Positions 59,614 to 64,000 of a DNA stretch of 64,000 bases are shown here, piece by piece. The number at the start of each line of letters is the position of its first letter. Within the stretch, counting starts at the first letter, position 1. Location of the stretch: contig JAFGOI010000004.1 in assembly GCA_016926555.1 (NCBI GenBank), positions 64,776 through 128,775 of the forward strand, in the 5' to 3' direction. Both the position numbers and the translations under genes were made by a program. This DNA comes from Patescibacteria group bacterium (GTDB taxonomy: Bacteria; Patescibacteriota; WWE3; UBA101185; UBA10185). The notes beneath the pieces were generated by a model that saw only the letters and a program-made list of their open reading frames with translations, was not told the DNA's origin and did no database searches.

Positions 59614-60497
59614 TTGTGAAAAGTAAGAAAGATAAAATAGATTTTATAGGTATAGGTTCAGCGAAATCCGGTTCATCGTGGTTGGCGACTTGTTTAATAG
59701 AACATCCCCAAGTTAACCTCCCAAAGGAGAAATCACTTTTCTTTTTTAACGCAGATTATGGAAATGAATATATCAAGGATAACTGGTCGTATTGGTCAAA
59801 AGGTATAGATTGGTACCTAAGTAAATTCCCCCCCGTGGAAAAAGGAAAAATAAGAGGTGAATTTGGGGTAAGTTATTTGCACGATCCTGAAGCGCCACAA
59901 AGGATTAAGGATAATTTCCCCGATACAAAAATCTTAGTCACTTTGAGGAACCCCTGTGACATGCTCTATTCACTATATTGGTATAACGTCAACACTGTTG
60001 AGGCGAAAGTTCCGGAGACGTTTGAAGAGGCAGTTAAGACCGGATGGTGTATCGACAGAGGGAATTATTATAAGTATTTAAGAAGGTTTTTTGATTTGTT
60101 TCCGCGGAAGAATATTCATGTTGTGATATTTGATGATATTAGAAATGAGCCTGAAAGAGTTGCGTTCGAGCTGTACAAATTTCTGGAAGTTGATACAAGT
60201 TTTAAACCATCTATATTAGATAAGAAAATTTATTCGGCCATAGGACATCGGTTTTGGATGTTTAAACAGCTCGGATATTATATGTTTGCTGTGTTAAGAA
60301 TTCTAAAGCTTGAGAAAGTGAGAAGGTTTCTTATTGATAACCCAATATTTTACGCAGTCTATGCGAAGTTAAATGTTGTTCCTAAAAAGTATCCCCCAAT
60401 GGAAGATGGCAGTAGAAATAAACTGAGGAAAGTATATAGGAAAGATATAAAAAAGCTAGAAAAGCTGGTAAAACATGATTTAAGTGCCTGGTTATAG
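59610..60497 (+). CDS. Sulfotransferase-family protein (PAPS-dependent)
   Basis: 5'-PSB-like 'IDFIGIGSAKSGSSWL' and 3'-PB-like 'ILVTLRNPCDMLYSLYWY'; GTG start. Confidence 0.65.
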   Translation: MIVKSKKDKIDFIGIGSAKSGSSWLATCLIEHPQVNLPKEKSLFFFNADYGNEYIKDNWSYWSKGIDWYLSKFPPVEKGKIRGEFGVSYLHDPEAPQRIKDNFPDTKILVTLRNPCDMLYSLYWYNVNTVEAKVPETFEEAVKTGWCIDRGNYYKYLRRFFDLFPRKNIHVVIFDDIRNEPERVAFELYKFLEVDTSFKPSILDKKIYSAIGHRFWMFKQLGYYMFAVLRILKLEKVRRFLIDNPIFYAVYAKLNVVPKKYPPMEDGSRNKLRKVYRKDIKKLEKLVKHDLSAWL

Positions 60498-60580
60498 ATA
60501 CAACTATTCAACCTATAAAAATTTGGTATTATATATTTCACATTAACTATGTACTATATTTTGTCTATAGGGGGTAGTTT

Positions 60581-61612
60581 ATGAAATATCTTATTACCGG
60601 AGGTTGCGGGTTTATAGGTGTTAACTTCGCTGAGAAAATACTAAGGAGGGGAGACGAAGTGATATTACTGGATAATTTATCCAGGAGAGGGACATCCACA
60701 AATCTTGAATACCTTAAAAAGATATACAATAAAGTGAAATTTGTTCATGTGGATATAAGAATAGATAATGGTTCTTTGCAGAAAGCTGTTAATCAGGTTG
60801 ATGTTGTGTACCATTTAGCTTCTCAGGTTGCAGTAACCACATCGGTGAAAGATCCATTTGAAGATTTTTACATTAATGCGTTGGGTACTTTTAATGTTTT
60901 GGAAGCGGTAAGAAAGTCGGCAAATAAGCCGATTCTAATTTACGCGTCAACAAACAAAGTGTACGGAGGGATGGAAGAAATATCAGTAATTGAAGGTGCA
61001 GATAGGTATACCTATAAAGATTTTCCTATTGGGATTCCAGAATCAATGTGTCTTGATTTTCATTCTCCTTATGGTTGTTCAAAAGGTTGTGGAGACCAGT
61101 ACGTGAGAGATTACGCGAGAATCTACGATTTACGCACAGTGGTTATGAGACAATCATGTATATACGGTCCCCGTCAGTTTGGGATTGAGGATCAAGGATG
61201 GGTTGCCTGGTTTGTGATAGCAAAGCTTCTAGGTTCCCCAATAAGTATTTATGGCAACGGGAAACAGGTGCGTGATGTTCTTTACGTTGACGATTTGTTT
61301 AGCGCATGGGATTTTGCTACTAAAAATCCTAATATAACTAGGGGTAAAGTATATAATGTTGGAGGCGGTCCTCGAAATACGATTTCTTTGTTGGAATTTC
61401 TTAACTTACTAGGTGAGCTAACAGGATCTTTTGTGAGTTATACTTTTTCTGACTGGCGCCCCGGAGATCAACCCGTTTATATTTCGGATATAAGTAAGAT
61501 ACGAGAAGAGTTGGGATGGGAGCCATTAACTGATGTAAAGTCGGGTGTAAGAAAACTAATTGATTGGGTGAGAGAGAACGAAGATTTGGTTAGAGCACAA
61601 TTAAGTTTATAA
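60581..61612 (+). CDS. NAD-dependent sugar epimerase/dehydratase (extended SDR; CDP-paratose-2-epimerase-like)
   Basis: 'MKYLITGGCGFIGVNFAEKIL' (GxxGxxG), 'YASTNKVYGG' and catalytic 'YGCSKGCGDQY' (YxxxK). Confidence 0.85.
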   Translation: MKYLITGGCGFIGVNFAEKILRRGDEVILLDNLSRRGTSTNLEYLKKIYNKVKFVHVDIRIDNGSLQKAVNQVDVVYHLASQVAVTTSVKDPFEDFYINALGTFNVLEAVRKSANKPILIYASTNKVYGGMEEISVIEGADRYTYKDFPIGIPESMCLDFHSPYGCSKGCGDQYVRDYARIYDLRTVVMRQSCIYGPRQFGIEDQGWVAWFVIAKLLGSPISIYGNGKQVRDVLYVDDLFSAWDFATKNPNITRGKVYNVGGGPRNTISLLEFLNLLGELTGSFVSYTFSDWRPGDQPVYISDISKIREELGWEPLTDVKSGVRKLIDWVRENEDLVRAQLSL

Positions 61613-61619
61613 TTGGTTA

Positions 61620-62771
61620 ATGAAAATTGGAGTACTAATAGATAGACTGAACGTTGGTGGTGTGGAGAAGACTGCAATCCAGGAAGTGAAAGCCGCACAA
61701 AAGTTGGGTGTTAATACAGAGCTGTTAGTTCTGAGTAGAAAATCAGTTGTGGAAGGCGCGCATGAGGATTTGTTAGGGGATCTTCCAATTCAATTTCTGG
61801 ATGATAGATTACCCGGTTTCCTGAAGTTTACATTCGGAATGCCTGGTTTTGCTTTTTTCTCTCTTTTCCACATTACGTATCCCATCATTTTGCCGTTTTT
61901 TATAAAGTCTAGGGAATGGGATCATATAATAAGCCATGGTTCTTATACAACATTATCTGCTCTTGGCATAAAATTTCTGAGAAAAATCCCATTTTCTATT
62001 TATTTTTGGGATCCAATAGATTATATAGTTAAGAGAGTTTATATTGGAAAGTTCCCAAAGCAGTTAATAAGTATATACACATTTTTTGGGAGATTCTTCG
62101 ACAGATTATTTGTTAAAGAAGCGGAGTATGTGTTTGTCGCTGGGGATACACATAATTCTTATCTGAGTAAATATGTGGGTTTAGATAAAATTACGGTTGT
62201 AAATCCAGGTACGCCAGTTGGGAAACCTGAAAAAAAGGAAAAACATGTGCTTATGGTAACTACATGGAAAGAGGGAAAACACCCCGAATATGTATTTGAA
62301 TTAGCAAGGAAGTTGCCGGGGGTAAAATTTAAACTGGTTGGCGGATGGGTAGATTCTGGAATGAGAAGATCTTTTGAGAAAAAAAGGGATAAGTTAGGTT
62401 TGGATGACTATATCGAGTTGTGCGGTGAGGCAAATGAGGGACAGCTAGCCTATTATTATCCGAGGGCGGCAGTTCATTTAACTACTAATTTAGAAAAAGG
62501 CTTCGGTATGCCTGTTTTAGAAGCTGCAGCATGCGGAACGGTATCAATTGTTCCAAAAGGCAGCGGGGTATGTTCAGTGTTTGAGCATGGCGTGGACGCT
62601 TTTTATTCTGAAGAGAGAAATACTGAAGAGATTGTATCTTATATTAAGTCTATGATTGATGATATGGATAAAGCAAAGGAGATGGGGCTTAAGGCTTATA
62701 ATCGTGTTAAAGAAAGTTATACATGGGAAGCTCACACGAAAAAGATTTTAAAGAAAATTGGCGCTATGTAG
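61620..62771 (+). CDS. GT4 glycosyltransferase
   Basis: 'LTTNLEKGFGMPVLEAAACGTVSIVPKGSGVCSVFEHGVDAF'. Confidence 0.7.
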   Translation: MKIGVLIDRLNVGGVEKTAIQEVKAAQKLGVNTELLVLSRKSVVEGAHEDLLGDLPIQFLDDRLPGFLKFTFGMPGFAFFSLFHITYPIILPFFIKSREWDHIISHGSYTTLSALGIKFLRKIPFSIYFWDPIDYIVKRVYIGKFPKQLISIYTFFGRFFDRLFVKEAEYVFVAGDTHNSYLSKYVGLDKITVVNPGTPVGKPEKKEKHVLMVTTWKEGKHPEYVFELARKLPGVKFKLVGGWVDSGMRRSFEKKRDKLGLDDYIELCGEANEGQLAYYYPRAAVHLTTNLEKGFGMPVLEAAACGTVSIVPKGSGVCSVFEHGVDAFYSEERNTEEIVSYIKSMIDDMDKAKEMGLKAYNRVKESYTWEAHTKKILKKIGAM

Positions 62772-63999
62772 AAAATCAATGTTTAAAGAACATGACAGAC
62801 ATAAATCCATTTTTAACATCACTCGCGCCTCATACATAAATGCAGGTTATACCTCGGATTATTTTAGAGAATGTTATGAGTACTACTGCGTGTTGTCTTT
62901 TAGTTCACACAATACGAATAAAGAGGATAAGACGAAATTTACGATCTATAAAAATGGGGAAGTTAAGGACGCTGTCGAATTAGTATCACTGCCGAAAAAT
63001 CCGCCCGTACTTTTGGTGCCTTTTTATCAGTTGTTTTTCTGCTTGAGCATAGTTTGGTCTTTTTTTATATTGAAGTTTAAATATAAGATCAAACCTGAAA
63101 TATGTGTTACATCTTTTTCTCTATGGTCCCTTACCTCTCACCTAATGAGAATATTGGGTTTTTGTAAACGGACAATTTTTTGGACCTGGGATTATTTTCC
63201 GAAAGTTAAAGAGGATCCATACTATATGCTTCTGCACATAATTGAGCCCTTCGATAAATTAGCATTAAATATTTGTGACTATGCTTGGTACGCGAGTCAG
63301 AGCAATTTTGATAAGCGGGTTGAAATTGGGCAGGTAAAAAATCCCGATGATCCGAAACACAAAGTTGTTCACTGGGGAACCGGCGGTAGTCTTATTGGAC
63401 CTGTTTCGTCAAACTATTTAGACACAGGTATTCTAAGGCTGGTCTATTTTGGGTCTATAAATCCGGAGAAGGGTCTGGATATTTTGTTTGAATCTCTTCC
63501 GAGATTGATAAAGTTAGTTAATGGGAAATTGGAAATACTTATAATAGGTGGAGACACGGAATATAAAAAGGAGTTGCAGAAAGAGATTAAAAAACAGGGA
63601 AATGACAAGTATGTGAAATTTTACGGATTTATGTCAACTGATGAGTTTGATAAAATCGCGGAAACTTGTGACCTGGGATTGGCTTTATTTGTTCCGGAGA
63701 TTGGGGGGCAACCCAACTTTTCATATTATGCTGACCCGTCAAAGCCAAGAGATTATTTGGCTAATGGTCTTCCCGTGCTGATTACCGCAGTGCCATTTAT
63801 TCATAAGGATATACAAGAATATAACGCGGGTATTGTGCTAGATAAATATTCAGCCGAGAGTTTAGTTTTGGCGGTATCTGCATATGTTAAAAATCCGTCA
63901 ATGTACAAAAAAGGGGCTTACAAACTTGCTCAAGTAGATAGATATGATGTTTATTACGGAAGTAAATTTGGATTGGTTTACAAAGACTTGCAAAATTAG
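62758..63999 (+). CDS. GT-B-fold (GT4-like) glycosyltransferase, divergent
   Basis: C-terminal Rossmann half 'LRLVYFGSINPEKGLDILFE...LEILIIGGDTEYKKEL...YLANGLPVLITAVPFIHKDIQEYNAGIV'; the N-terminal half is poorly conserved. Confidence 0.45.
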   Translation: MALCRKSMFKEHDRHKSIFNITRASYINAGYTSDYFRECYEYYCVLSFSSHNTNKEDKTKFTIYKNGEVKDAVELVSLPKNPPVLLVPFYQLFFCLSIVWSFFILKFKYKIKPEICVTSFSLWSLTSHLMRILGFCKRTIFWTWDYFPKVKEDPYYMLLHIIEPFDKLALNICDYAWYASQSNFDKRVEIGQVKNPDDPKHKVVHWGTGGSLIGPVSSNYLDTGILRLVYFGSINPEKGLDILFESLPRLIKLVNGKLEILIIGGDTEYKKELQKEIKKQGNDKYVKFYGFMSTDEFDKIAETCDLGLALFVPEIGGQPNFSYYADPSKPRDYLANGLPVLITAVPFIHKDIQEYNAGIVLDKYSAESLVLAVSAYVKNPSMYKKGAYKLAQVDRYDVYYGSKFGLVYKDLQN

Positions 64000-64000
64000 G

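Noticed and set aside
1-64000. CRISPR arrays, rRNA, tRNA, transposases, integrases, toxin-antitoxin or restriction-modification genes
   Set aside because: No regularly spaced direct repeats, no rRNA-like conserved stretches and no transposase, integrase or nuclease motifs were noticed. The window is contiguous core plus glycan operon and shows no sign of a mobile element boundary.

Overview
The window is almost entirely coding and comes from a low-GC genome with very small intergenic spacers and many overlapping start/stop codons. It has three parts. (1) Positions 286-4278, minus strand: a fused alpha/L13-S9 ribosomal operon, infA-rpmJ-rpsM-rpsK-rpsD-rpoA-rplQ-rplM-rpsI. It is flanked upstream by a small XRE-type HTH regulator and is divergent from a serS gene that is preceded by a T-box-like leader. 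(2) Positions 4548-35770, plus strand except one gene: housekeeping genes (serS, spermidine-synthase-like protein, uppP, secA, a TPR/polytopic membrane protein on minus, lepB). These are followed by one contiguous super-operon, rpoB-rpoC-rpsL-rpsG-fusA-tuf-rpsJ-rplC-rplD-rplW-rplB-rpsS-rplV-rpsC-rplP-rpmC-rpsQ-rplN-rplX-rplE-rpsZ-rpsH-rplF-rplR-rpsE-rplO-secY-ybaB-adk, and then a CAP-domain protein. There is no rpmD (L30) between rpsE and rplO and no map after adk. The missing L30, short L3, Zn-type S14 and small proteins are consistent with a CPR/Patescibacteria-like lineage; this is inference, not proven. (3) Positions 35775 to the window end (at least 28 kb, probably continuing beyond it): a tightly packed, almost gap-free plus-strand glycan-assembly locus. 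It contains six GT2 enzymes (three of them DPM1/ArnC-like polyprenyl-phosphate sugar synthases, one fused to GtrA), five GT4/GT-B enzymes, five polytopic GT-C-like membrane proteins (ArnT/PMT-like, two of them tandem paralogs), two MOP/Wzx-type flippases and a UPF0104 (LPG-synthase-TM-like) protein. It also contains a small [3Fe-4S]-type ferredoxin adjacent to a B12-binding radical SAM enzyme, an SGNH hydrolase, a sulfotransferase and an SDR sugar epimerase. This locus is the most likely place for an undescribed system: a lipid-carrier-dependent extracytoplasmic glycosylation pathway whose glycan is predicted to be radically alkylated, acylated and sulfated. No rRNA, tRNA, CRISPR array or mobile element was recognised.
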